A stretch of DNA of 64,000 nucleotides from Neodothiora populina. Its lineage: Eukaryota. The notes beneath the pieces are model-generated. The model did no database searches. It was not told where the DNA came from and worked only from the letters and a program-made list of their open reading frames with translations. The DNA is taken from NCBI RefSeq assembly GCF_041146345.1, contig NW_027191415.1, positions 372,001 through 436,000 of the forward strand, in the 5' to 3' direction. Both the position numbers and the translations under genes were made by a program. Shown here one piece after another: positions 45,029 to 56,941 of the stretch. Positions within the stretch are counted from its first letter, which is position 1; each line of letters opens with the position of its first letter.

Positions 45029-46465
45029 ATGATCATCCTGCCGCCCCCCTGGGAAGGGCTGCACCCCGCCTTTCCCAAGCGCCCCGACCCCTTCAACACA
45101 AATTCTCTCACCAATGCCCCCATCATAGGCGGCACCGTCGGCCTCGCCTGGGCCACCGGCGCCTCCATCTTCCGTCGCAATCCCGCTTCTGGCCTCAAGG
45201 CTGCCGCATGGGCGACTGTTCTCTCGGCCGCGCTCGGTCTGGCGGCAGAGCAGCTCGCCGGTAGGATATACGCCCGCCCGTACCTAGAGAGCAAAGGCAT
45301 CACCGTCCCGAAACAAAAGCTGGTCACCAGACTGCTACACGCCGACGAAGACACCTTTGTTGTCGCCGGTGGAATCGCCGGTGTTTTGTTGGCCAGGAGC
45401 ATCGCAAAACCATGGTCCGTCACCGGCTGGAAGAGGGCTGTGGGCGCCTTCAGCTTCGGCGCTTTCGCCGGTGACTGGGCAAACTACGCCGTCCATTGGC
45501 GCCAGGTCATCCCTTGCGCCGAGGTCTACCAGCGTCAGAAGCAGTTGAAGGCCTTGTACCAAGAGGAGCTTAAGCAGTTCAGGTCCGCTCAGGTTATGGG
45601 CAGATACGGAATCTCCATACAGGGCGGCTCCTCTGCCGATCTGTCCGTCTCGGAAAACCCCTCAACGACGTCAGATGAAGCCTCGGGCAAGACCGTCGGG
45701 AGCACGAGCATGCAACAACTGCTACGTGACCTACAGAAGACTACGGAAGAAAACGTCGAGAAGTTGGCCGGTCTGGCCTCCCAGCAGAAGCTCGACGAAG
45801 AGGATCCTCAGCCGCACTACTCGGAGATGAGAGACGGCGAGCGCGTCTTCCGCCCAGACACAAACTACCAGTGGACCGGCACCCCCGAGGACCTCGACGC
45901 CCACATCCAAGTCTTGCGCCGGCGTCGCGAGAGCCTCAAGTCAGAGGCCGAACTCATCTGGCACAAGATGGCCGTCAAGGAAGCCGAGTACCACGCCAAA
46001 GACGACAAGAAGGAGGCGGATCGCATCCGTCTCGAAGTTATGAACCACCTGCACATCAACGCCTATCTCGAAATCTCACAGCTCGACTGGATGATTGCCG
46101 ATTCGCAAAAAACACAGCTCCAGCTCAAGACACTGAAAGACTCGGACAACAAGTCTGCCTGGATCCCTGCCCCGCCCGCGGACAGCTCCAAGATAGTACC
46201 CAAGCACACGCTGCAGCTCCTCGATGAGCTGGAACGCGACCAGGTCGCCAGCATGGAAGATCTGGAAATGATCCGAGAACACACCTACGCTGCGCTGAAC
46301 GACCCGCTACTCGAGGCTCTCGACAAGAACACGGGCCAGAAGGTCGCCGATCCCTGGGCTGCCGCAAGAAAAGACCTCGAGGAGGTGGAAAAGACAATGA
46401 AGGAACTGGTCGTCATGATGGAGAGCATTCAGCGACTGAGAAAAGAGCTGCGTGGCGACGTGTAA
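45029..46465 (+). CDS. Hypothetical protein: Gly/Ala-rich hydrophobic N-terminal helices plus coiled-coil-like C-terminus
   Basis: 478 aa uninterrupted ORF with strong GC3 bias. No family recognised. Confidence 0.75.
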   Translation: MIILPPPWEGLHPAFPKRPDPFNTNSLTNAPIIGGTVGLAWATGASIFRRNPASGLKAAAWATVLSAALGLAAEQLAGRIYARPYLESKGITVPKQKLVTRLLHADEDTFVVAGGIAGVLLARSIAKPWSVTGWKRAVGAFSFGAFAGDWANYAVHWRQVIPCAEVYQRQKQLKALYQEELKQFRSAQVMGRYGISIQGGSSADLSVSENPSTTSDEASGKTVGSTSMQQLLRDLQKTTEENVEKLAGLASQQKLDEEDPQPHYSEMRDGERVFRPDTNYQWTGTPEDLDAHIQVLRRRRESLKSEAELIWHKMAVKEAEYHAKDDKKEADRIRLEVMNHLHINAYLEISQLDWMIADSQKTQLQLKTLKDSDNKSAWIPAPPADSSKIVPKHTLQLLDELERDQVASMEDLEMIREHTYAALNDPLLEALDKNTGQKVADPWAAARKDLEEVEKTMKELVVMMESIQRLRKELRGDV

Positions 46466-47135
46466 ATGAAATATCAATCTGTTCTGGTTTCAAATCATCA
46501 AGACAAGTCAAGTCATGATCGCTTGCTTTATCTTGTTGATATAATATATTGACCCAAGAAAATGCATCATGATTACTCCTATGTATTGTATTCCTGTCTC
46601 CTGACACCCTAGGTATTTGTCAAGGTATGTTGTTGAACATATCCCTATGGTGGTCCACTCCTCGTATCTCGCACATCGTACTTCGTTAAGCGGCAGATCA
46701 CTCCGCTAGAGCACTCGTCTGCCCTCGCCTTTTCCCCACCTCTCCTGCTTCAACCTCCACTGCTGCAAATCAGAGAGTCAGCATGTGCCTATTCTGTGAC
46801 AAATGCTGCTGTGCTAATGAGTCGTCTCGTATCTGTCCACGCTTGTCGCTGATATTCGTGAATAATCGCCCCTTTCCTCACTCTGTAAACAATGCATGAC
46901 TGTCTGCGCTGCCTGTCCTTCAACCAAAACCATAGTCGGTCAGAGGGCTGTAAGTAGTCTTGGCTTCGTCTAATCTGCCTCGGCTTCCATTCAAGTTCCT
47001 ACCAGAAGAACCATGCCATAGACTTTTGCTCTGGCGGTTCAAGTCTTCCTTATATTTGGTCGTCCTATCGTCTCGGGCTCTTCTTTCCAGATCATCTGCG
47101 GCATCGCTTCATCGAGGAGTCTGCTTTTGCAAAAC

Positions 47136-48912
47136 ATGGATGTCTCACTACTCGCGTTTCTCGTCTTGTTGGCGTCATTTATTGTTTATATCATACAATA
47201 CATTCGTCCGAAACACGACGCGAGAGAGCCACCTCTGCTGCCGACCAAATTACCAGTCATTGGCCATGTCATTGGTCTGATACGTTATGGCTTTCCCTAT
47301 GTTGTAAATCACAGGTAGGTGGCGCCTTACATCTTTCCCAAAGACCACTCGCCACCAAAAAAGACAAGAAAGAAAAGCTCATATAGTGTCTCCTTGTTTT
47401 CCTTGCACGGCTCAACAGACGAAAAAACCAACCTCCAATATTCACCATCGATTTCGGTGTCAAGAAAGTCTATGTCGTGACCTCGTCGAAGATCGTGCAA
47501 GCGGTCCAACGCAGCAGCAATGTCATCTCCGTGGACCACTTGCTCGAAACGGCAGGAGAGCGCATCGCCGGTATTGACGTCGCAGGCCGCAAGATACTCG
47601 CCCATGCTCATCACGGCGGGCACTCGATGCACAAGGAGATTGTTCATGCCATGCAGCCTGCCTTGCTCGGCTCTGCACTGGACAAGATGAATGTCACCAT
47701 GGCTAGTAAACTTAATACGTTCATCGACGATTTTGTCAAGACCATGGACGAATCAGCGACAAAGAAAGTGGATCTGTTCAAGTGGTGTCAACAGGCGATT
47801 GTCGTCGCAAGCGCAGAAGCGACGTGGGGACCATTGAATCCGCTCAACGATCCTGCTGTTGAGCAAGCATTCCAGTGGGTTTTTCCATCTTCTCTTGATC
47901 GTGTGCGCGTCATCATCAATCTCAAAATGCTCACCACATCAACAGCAATTTCGACGCCAACTTGGGTACCTTGATCCTAAACATTCTGCCCAAAATAACA
48001 TCACCCATTGCCTATAATGCCCGCGAGGTAGTTGTCAAAGCATTCACAGACTTCTACAACAAGGGCGGCCAGCATTCTTCTTCAGCACTCGCCCACGCCC
48101 GCTGGAAAGTACAGCACGATGGCGGATGTTCGACTGAAGACATTGCGAGACTGGAGACCGCTACTGTCATTGGTGTAGTATCAAACTCGATTGTCAGTGC
48201 GTTTTACAGCGTACTCGACATATACTCTCGACCAGACTTGCTTGCTCGCTTGAGAGAAGAAATCGAGCAGAATGCCGTTGTCACGACACAGCCTGAAGAG
48301 CAAGGAGTGGAAAACGTGATCGATGTCGCCCGCATCAGAGATTCCTGCCCGAATCTCATCTCGGCCTTTCAAGAAACCCTTAGATTCAGATCCCAGGCCT
48401 CACCTTCACGTGCCGTCACGGAGGACGTGTTGATCGCAAACGGAGAATATCTGCTCAAAAAGGGTTCACTACTATTCATGCCCTCGAAGTCAATCAACTA
48501 CGAAGCCGGCATCTGGGGCACCAAAGCAGACGTGTTTGACCCGCTCAGATTTGCCGCAGCCACCACCACGACCGACGGAGCAGCGCCACCCACGACGAAC
48601 ACGGCGGCAAAAGTGCGACCATCCAGCTTCATGGCCTTTGGAGTTGCCCCGGCATTGTGTCCCGGCCGACATTTCGCTACCGGAGAGATCCTCGCCCTCG
48701 TCGCCATGATGATTCTGAGATTCGACCTGACGCCCGCCGGGGGCAAATGGGCGGAACCGAAGAACCTTAACTCCAGCGCGGTGGCGACTACTATTCCGCC
48801 GCCTGCTGATCCCTTTGAGGTTGAGATGAGTCTCAGAGATGGGACGAAGGCAGGGAAGTGGGGGGTCAGAGTGTCGGAGGGGAAAGGCAAGTTTGGTTTG
48901 ATTACTGGGTGA
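47136..48912 (+). CDS. Cytochrome P450, CYP7/CYP8-like fungal clan (introns 47315-47418, 47875-47945)
   Basis: N-terminal anchor and PP..LPVIGH, ETLR (ExxR), FDPLRF (PERF), heme motif FGVAPALCPGRHFA. The I-helix VVSNS lacks the usual Thr. Both introns restore frame. Confidence 0.9.
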
Positions 48913-49282
48913 ATTGGAGGGTGTTGTTCATATTGTCAATGTTGTCCGTATTATTTATACTCTGTGAAGACAGTGTGCAAGTATTTGAGTTGAAAAGAGT
49001 AGATCCGAAGAAAGATCGTTTCGATCAACCTGTTAACGAGCAGACCAGCCGTCTAAGAAGTGGCTTGATCAAGTACAAGAGTCATGGGACATTGAAGGTG
49101 TGAATCTTGCCAAGAGATATCGGACATGTGGTTTTTATCTTATCGCTGATCTCCGCAAATGCCTTCTTCAGAAATAATAATCTTCTCGCGGCTGCTGTTT
49201 CTGCGATGAAATCAGCTTTGCAATTAAATCTATTCTTTTTTATCTTTGTCCATCACAAACCGCACATATATACACCAGCAAG

Positions 49283-50407
49283 ATGTTGAAAGCAATGTAA
49301 GTCGTCAATGCCAAAGCCCTACTGCATCTGTCTCGCTAATGATTTATTTTCAATCAGCAAGCCCAAGACTGCACGCAGCAAGCGTCTTCTCGAGAAGAAG
49401 GCGCCTCAGGTGCACGAGGGCCACAGAATGACTTTGTTCCTGCGCTACACATCGACGTCCGAGATAGTCAACCTGGCCATGACGGATCTGCACTCGTTAA
49501 AGCGTCCCTTGTGCGTCAAATTCAGCAAGAAGAACGACATCCACCCCTTCGAGGACCCGTCGTCGCTCGAGTTCTTCAGCGAGAAAAACGACGCCTCGCT
49601 GTTCTGCTTCGGGAGCCACAGCAAGAAGCGCCCGCACACCATCACGCTGGCGCGCATGTTCGACTACAAAGTCCTGGACATGATCGAGTTGCACATCGAC
49701 CCGGAGACGTTCCGCACACTGTCGCAGTTCAAGAACGCAAAGGCGCGCGTGGGCCTCAAGCCCTTGATTTCGTTTTCTGGAACCGCCTTCGAGAGCCCGA
49801 CGGACAACGCATACACGCTCGCCAAGTCGCTGCTGTTGGATTTCTTCAAGGGCGAGGACACGAGTAACGTCGACGTCGAGGGTCTGCAGTACATGATTCA
49901 CATTTCCGTCGCCGAGGAGGTCGAGGGCCAGCCCGCGCCCAAGATCCAGCTCAGGGCATACATGATCAAGACGAAAAAGAGCGGGCAGAGTCTGCCCAGG
50001 GTCGAGGTCGAGGAGATGGGACCCAGGATTGACTTCAGAGTGGGCAGGATCAGAGAGGCTGACCCCAACATGTTGAAGGAGGCATTGAAGAAGCCCAGAG
50101 GCACCGAGGTACTTTTTGTTTCCTTTCTGTCTAGCCACATTTTTGTTACGAAAAAGCGAAAACTAACAAGAAACCCAAACAGGCCAAGACAAAGAAGAAC
50201 ATCGACATGGACAGCATGGGCGACAAGGTGGGCCGCATCCACGTGGGCAAGCAAGACCTCGGCGAGCTGCAAACGAGGAAAATGAAGGGTCTCAAGAGAA
50301 GTCGCGGCGGAGACGACGAGGACGGAGACGTCGACATGGATGCAGGAGGTGATGATGTTGACGATGACGACGAAGGCGGTGTTCAGCTTAAGAGAGTCAA
50401 GGCGTAA
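49283..50407 (+). CDS. RPF2: Ribosome biogenesis Brix-domain protein RPF2 (introns 49297-49357, 50109-50182)
   Basis: Spliced start MLKAIKPKTARSKR, KKNDIHPFED, GSHSKKRP, EEMGPRIDF, GRIHVGKQDL..LQTRKMKGLK. Confidence 0.95.
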
Positions 50408-50868
50408 ATTGCCTTTTGGTTTTCACTCTTCACTGCATCATCATCTGCTCATCGAGGGGGAGAGGTCTTGTAATTTTCATCACATGTTCACAATTTTTTT
50501 TTTCCTTTCCTCTTCAAAAAGAAAGCGTGGCGTTTCGGGCAAAGAAAAAAGGAGGATGAGGGATGGAGAGGTCGGGAGAAACAAATACAAAGCAATAAGG
50601 GGAAAGAGGAATGGGATAGAATCTTGAAATCCTATTTCTTGCCACCTTGTTTTTGACACCCGTCTTTGAAAGGTGGTATCTTCCGTTCCTCCGTTGCCTA
50701 TTTTTGCTTTTATCTTTTGTGCCGAGGAAATGATAACGCCGCTTTCGCATGCTTGTCTTTTTTCGCTCCTTCTCTATCTGAAGCCTCATATAGTCTTTTT
50801 GACGACAAGACCCCTCCAACCTCCGCTCGATGGGTTTAATCTAGCCGGGCACTTAGCCATCATGCAGT

Positions 50869-52107
50869 CTACGACGACGCCTCCGGCGCAGCACAAGCAT
50901 CGGAAGAACCGCCAGTGCCGGGCTGGTTCTGCACCAGACGCAATAGATTGCGCAACAAAATCATGATGGTGACTTTGCCGATGGCGGGCACGTAGATGGA
51001 GGCTTTTTCCTTGATTTGGGGTGTGAAGTTCTGATTTGCTGATTAGCTTTCTTTTCCTTTCAAGGAGTAGCAGAGTGAACGATGGACAGAAACTCACCTT
51101 CTCGCTCGAGAAATTAATACACACAGCACCGTCCCTGACGAGTTCGACGGGGACTTTATACTTGTCACCCGGCACGCCAGAAATCACAACGTCACTGACC
51201 GCAAGACAGTCCGCCAGCGTCCAGCCGTCCTTGTCCTCGACGGCGTGCTGCTGCTTCCTGATGCCCTCTCCGCGACTGAACCTCTGAACGCCCGTGACGT
51301 CAACCGAGTAGACTTCGGCGCCGTCGTTTGCGAGCAGTGCAGCCAGGGGCCGCCCGACGACTTCGCTGCGGTTTATCACCGTGATTCTGCGGCCGTGCAG
51401 GCGGTTTCCGTAGGCTAGGATCGTGTTGTAGATCTGGAGGTATTCGAGGATCTTGATGATGGCCAGCGGCGTGCAGGGCAGGATGCTTTTCTGCACGTTG
51501 GCGGGCGGGTCCAGGAAGCGGATGTTCTGGTACATGTTGTTGATGAGATACGGCGACAGGCCCTCGACGTCCTTGCGCTGATCGACGATGTACTGGATGG
51601 TGCGATCGCGCGACGGGTTGAAGACGGGATAGTAGACGATGATGCCATCGACGGCGGCATCGCGGTTCGCGGCCCGGATGGCTTCTTCTAGGGACTCGCG
51701 CTCGAGCTGTTGCAGTGTGAAGTCGAAGCCACTGTTCACCCGCGCGGGAAAGAGACAAGTCACGATAATCAGCCGCCTTGCACAGGGTAGGTAGGTAGTT
51801 ACTGACGAAGGTGTTTTGGTTGCAAGGGGTATGTCTCTCACTTTTCCACGCACGTCTTGCCCGTCCAGTCGGCGTACATCTTCGCCGCGGGGTCTTTGTT
51901 CGCCAGGAACCCGACCAGGTGCGGTTTTCGCCCCAGTGCGGCCAGGCCGTCTTGCACTTCGCCATGCAGTCTTTTGGCAATGTTGTTGGCGAGAATCACT
52001 TTGCAATTGGTGGGGTTGGGTGCTGGTGCTGATGCTGATGCTGCTGTTGGAGGAGGGGCAGCAGCGCCCGCGGCGCGGGTGGTGGGAGTCGGAGTGGGAG
52101 CGCTCAT
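50869..52107 (-). CDS. MTD1: NAD-dependent methylenetetrahydrofolate dehydrogenase (introns 51841-51732, 51097-51031)
   Basis: LVGFLANKDPAAKMYADWT, VDGIIVYYPVF, KDVEGL, LPCTPLA, INRSEVVGRPLAALLANDGA. The last exon gives NF..KEKASIYVPAIGKVTI. Confidence 0.94.
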
Positions 52108-52725
52108 TTCGAGACTCGAATAAAATGTTATTGTCGCAGTCGTAGTGGTCTTCGTATTGTTATTTCAGTAAATTCGAACCTCTCGTAGGGGAACTAGATT
52201 GAACCGCGTGGTGCTGGTCGTGGGACAGAAAGAGACGAAAAACAGTCATTAATTACCATTTGCTGCTGCTTCGGCAATTGTTTCTTTCTTTTACTGCAGA
52301 ATAATGCAACAAAATGCCCTGGAACTTTTGGCAAAAAGAAAAAAAGTCCTCGATGCGCCGGATCTGCGGACCGAGCCCTGACTATTCTACCGATAAGATA
52401 AGATGGATCTTCTACGTCAGGCAGATGGTGGTGCTTCGAAAAAAGCACAGGCGGTCTCTGCTGCCACTTTTGGCCGAGCCCGATAGAACAGAAGCCCGGC
52501 TCATGGGACAGGCCATATTGATTCACAACTGTACTTGTCAAGTAACAGAGACTACTCTGTCTTACTCGCTGAAACACCTGTAGATTGAAGAGGCATCAAC
52601 CAGAAAATCCCATGGTCGTGCCCGTGTGACCTGCTGACCGACACATCCATTCGTTCTCCCTCCTCTCCCCCACCATCTTCATTTGTGGCTGTAGTAGCAG
52701 GAACGAAGTCTCCACCCCCCCCACC

Positions 52726-55700
52726 ATGTCCGACATCCAGCTATATCTCGTCACCATCAACAAAGATCGAGACGAGGCGCGCGTACTTGCCGCCCAGACA
52801 GCCAACCGTCTGGCGAAAGGCGGGTTGAAATTGCTGCAGCTGATCGAGAGCTGCGGCGAATACATCAACAGCGACGACACGCATTTGCGGAAAAACTCGC
52901 TGGCGTTTTTGGCCGATGTCTTGTCTCAATTGCCCCCCAAAGTCTTGACTCTGCAGCAGAGAAGATTGCTGTGCGATTTCGTGCTGTCCAGGGTCAAGGA
53001 TGATTCCGAGGGCACGGCGTCTTGTGCTAGAGCATTGATTGCACTCGAGGAGAGAGGCAAGTGGGATTCGGATACTGCTGCTGAGATCATAAACACGTTT
53101 GCCTCACCCTTTCGAAGAAAACTCACGGAATGTGGCATTGATTTTGATTCGCAGGTTTGTTACCGATGCTCAGACGTTACGGGAGCACAAACTACAGAGC
53201 GAGCGATTCGCCATCTTGCAATTGATCGATCTGCTTCTTGCAAAGTACCGAAAAGGTATGTTTGCTGCACATGCGCTATTGCTAACAGACGCTGACTCTC
53301 CATCAGCGGTAAAGGCTGTGCATGACGGGGACCATGACTTCCTCGCCAGATTCATTTCATTCTTCGAAGGCGAAAAGGATCCTCGAAACCTCATGATTGT
53401 CTTTTCCATCATCCAAGTACCCATGGCCGAGTGGGAACTCGGCCCTCACGCACAGGAAATGTTCGACGCGGTCTTCAATTACTTTCCCATTACTTTCAAG
53501 CCGCCACCTGGTGATCCGTATGGAATCACCGCGCAGGATCTCAAGGACCGTCTCAGGGACTGCATCTCTTCCACCTCTGATTTTGCTCCCTACGCATTCC
53601 CTGCACTGCTAGATAAGCTTGATTCGAGCTCGATGAACACAAAGGTAGGCCGTTGCTATTCAACCATGATTCAAACCAAAAAAAAAAAAAAAAAACTGAC
53701 GTTTAATAGCGGGACGTCCTGCAAGCCGTTGCTGCATGTGTCAGGACGTATGAGCCGCGCACCATCTCTTTGTATTCTGTGACATTGTGGGATGCACTCA
53801 AATTCGAGATCCTGAACGTTCAGGAGGAAGACCTCGCAGAAGATTCGCTGCTGATTCTCTCGCTCATTGCCGGCAAGCTGTATCTGGCAGGAGAAGGCCC
53901 GCTTAATGCTTACCTCAAGCCAATCATCAAAGAATGCAACGAGCATCTTGAAGACGCCCCGACGAAGCAGTCTCAGGCGGCTGGCCGGATCTTATATCAC
54001 ATAGCCAAAGCCTCCTCCGTCATCGCCAACACAATCACAAAGGCTGTCCTTCCGCACCTGTTCCAGTTGTTCTCGGCATCCGAGTCGATAGCCAAGCGTC
54101 GTGGATTGATCGAGGTTTTCAATAAACTCACGGAGGCCACCATAGAGGTCTCCGAGTTCTGGCGTGTCACCGACGACAACGGCAACATTGTCAAAGACCT
54201 GGCAGATCAGAGCGCTCTTCGCGATTTCAGCTCCGAAGCGTTGGAAGCTATGCTTCGTGCAGTGATCAATGCACCCAAGGCCGAGATCTCTTTCCGTCTG
54301 TTCGCACTACAAGGCCTCGTTGGCCTGGTCAAAGTACGCAAGCTCCTAGCGGACGCCGATGTCGCTCGCATCATCGAGGCGAGCACCGATATCATCATAC
54401 AAGAGCGAGACTCTGCTTCACACGAGGTCGAGACCGCGGCTATCAAGGGTCTAGCAGAGATTGCACATCACAGTCCGGGCGTGACTGTAGAAAAGGCATT
54501 GCCTGCTTTCCTTGCCGAGCTGCCTGACGCCCCGGCAACATCAGGTGGCTACGAACGTGTCTTGGAGGCGTTCGCAAAGCTCAGCACAGAAACTCAGATC
54601 TTTGACACTATTGTTCTAAGACTAAAAAACAAGCTCAATGCCGCTGTATACCAGAAAGCGCAAAACTTTTACATCCACGCTCTTCTAATGGCACTGCTGT
54701 TCGCCTTTGCTGAAGGTTCACCTGGCAAGGACGATGGCATCATTCGATTTTCGTACTTTGCCGACATCATCAAGCCTTTCCTTGATCAGGCCACCGGTCG
54801 GACGAGTGAAGACGTCTCGATCCTCAGCGACGAGACTAGCGTGGACATTATCGGCCGCATTTGCAACTTGGTCATAAGACCACAGGCCATGCACTACCAG
54901 AACCAGATATTGGCAGAGTATGAGCCGGTGTTCACTGCTATCGGACAAGAAAGCGCTGGGAAGAACGGCAGTACAGCGGTCATCGCATCACTCCACCTCC
55001 ACGCAGCTGTGCAAAGGGATACCACAGATCCGGCTGTGTCAACGGCATTACTCGCACGACTCGCTGTGGTGGCCAAGTATCAATACACAATGCCCCAGGT
55101 TCGATTGGCCGCTCTACGACATGCGTCACTCATTGTGAACAAGTTGATCTTACCGGCGAAGCTAGAGCAGAGTCTCGTCCAGACAGGCGCCGATGTCGCA
55201 TCACTCCTGAGCGAGAAACCCACGGCAGAAACGATCATGCTTGCTTTCTCCATCCTCAAAGGCTTGACGGTACAGGGCAAGAGTGGCAAGTCCACATCTG
55301 GCTATCTAAAAAGCCTGTTGGAGCTCCTATCCGACCGCACATACGGCGGCGTGGTCGCACGCGGGTTTGTCACTCTTCTTGCGCCCGATGACATTCTGAC
55401 TAAGGAGAATCACTGTGTCATCTCCAGTCTCTACAAGCAGCGAACATTCAGCCAGACTGTTCCTGTAATTTCAACAGCCACCAAGACGGCAGATGCAGCC
55501 ATCAAGCCGAATTACTTGATTGCCTTGTCTGGTATCTTGAGATGGGTGTCATACTCCATTGTAGAGCCGTCGCTTTCGAGCTTGGTTCCGCTTTTGCTTC
55601 AGTCGTTGGACTTGCAAGACCAGGCACATCAAGATGTCAAAGCGGCGACTCTGTCGACCTTGGGTTCTGTCATCTCCCAATCTCCCTCGACCTTGTTTGA

Positions 55701-55962
55701 GCATGCTTCTTCGATTATCTCGCGCCTCCTCGCATGCACGACTGTTCCCACGAATACTGCGTCAGTGCGCAGGGGAGCGCTGAGGTGCTTGGCGCTGCTG
55801 CCGACGCAGTTCAAGCTCGAGACAATTGTGCCCTTCAGGAGACAGGTCATCAAAAGACTACTGGCTTGCTTGGATGACAAGAAGCGCTATGTCAGAGCTG
55901 AGGCAGTCAAGTGCAGAACTGCCTGGCTGGATCTCGAGCAGGACGACTCCGACGAGGAATAA
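52726..55962 (+). CDS. MMS19: MMS19/MET18 cytosolic Fe-S assembly HEAT-repeat protein (introns 53097-53154, 53256-53306, 53645-53709)
   Basis: GEKDPRNLM, YFPITFKPPPGDPYGIT, LYKQR, C-terminal LDDKKRYVRAEAVKCR. The introns restore a continuous frame. Confidence 0.93.
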
Positions 55963-56941
55963 TGAGATGAATGATCGTCCGACGCTACGAGTGACGATAC
56001 AGATTCTTGCTGAGTGGTCTTGGTGTACGACCCCAGAGAGGTAATCAATGGCATAAATGGAGAAAGAATTACAACCAAAAGACGTGTGCCAATGTCAGAT
56101 CACTGTAGCTGATAATCTATAGTTCAAGGCCCACCAATATATGTGCGCGTTGTAATGCTGCAATCTTGCCACGCCCCTCAGATACCCGAACGCTAAATGA
56201 TGAATGTTATAGACAGGCGTACCTCACGGACTTCTACTACCAGATCTTGATAGACATGAAATGTCGAAGCACTCCACATTCTGTCTGATATCTGCTCGAA
56301 GCTTTCCCGGCGTCAAAGCCAATATCCACTACATGTGGAGAACTTCCCAATGGACATCCATCAAGTATTGATCAGCAACCACTCCTCGCAAGCCGTCTTG
56401 CCATGATTGCTATACTTGATATGGACGACCCCTCTCCCGGCATTGTGGTAGCTATAGATCAGACATCAACTTTTGTCCTTTCATGTGATGGAGGCGCGGC
56501 GTCAATGGTGCTACGCTCATTGTCTGACGATTGCCATCGGGCAGATCAGGTACGCAACCTGCTCGCTGGAACATGGATTGATTGGCTGCCATAGATTGAC
56601 GTTGACATTGGCATTGAAATTGTCTTTGTAAGTTGGGGGGTGTTGTGACAGTGGAGTGTGAAAATGGATTTCATACTTTGATCATGGTCATTCCAGGTTT
56701 CCTATCAGCGTCTCAACAATCACTCATCTTGTGTTATATCTCGTGACTGATAGAAAAGAGCGAGAGTTCTATCATCGTCGTCGTTGCCTTCACTTCTTGA
56801 TATACAGGTTAGGCAGCGGTATAGCACTCGTTCGATCCAGATATCTCGTTCATTGACCACTGACTCCTCCCTATTATCGAGTATACAACCACCCCTCACT
56901 CCACCCTCCCAGCTATTGTTCCCTAAAAAGAAAACTTCGAA

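Noticed and set aside
47315..47418. Stwintron or alternative acceptor in P450 intron 1 (internal TAG at about 47386)
   Set aside because: Using it breaks the frame, and the remaining piece is too short for a second intron.
56197..56288. Box C (ATGATGA) ... box D (CTGA) snoRNA-like spacing with a short CTACTACCA match to large-subunit rRNA
   Set aside because: No terminal stem, weak C'/D' boxes, and no guide of 10 nt or more correctly placed. It would need an Rfam or snoscan hit.
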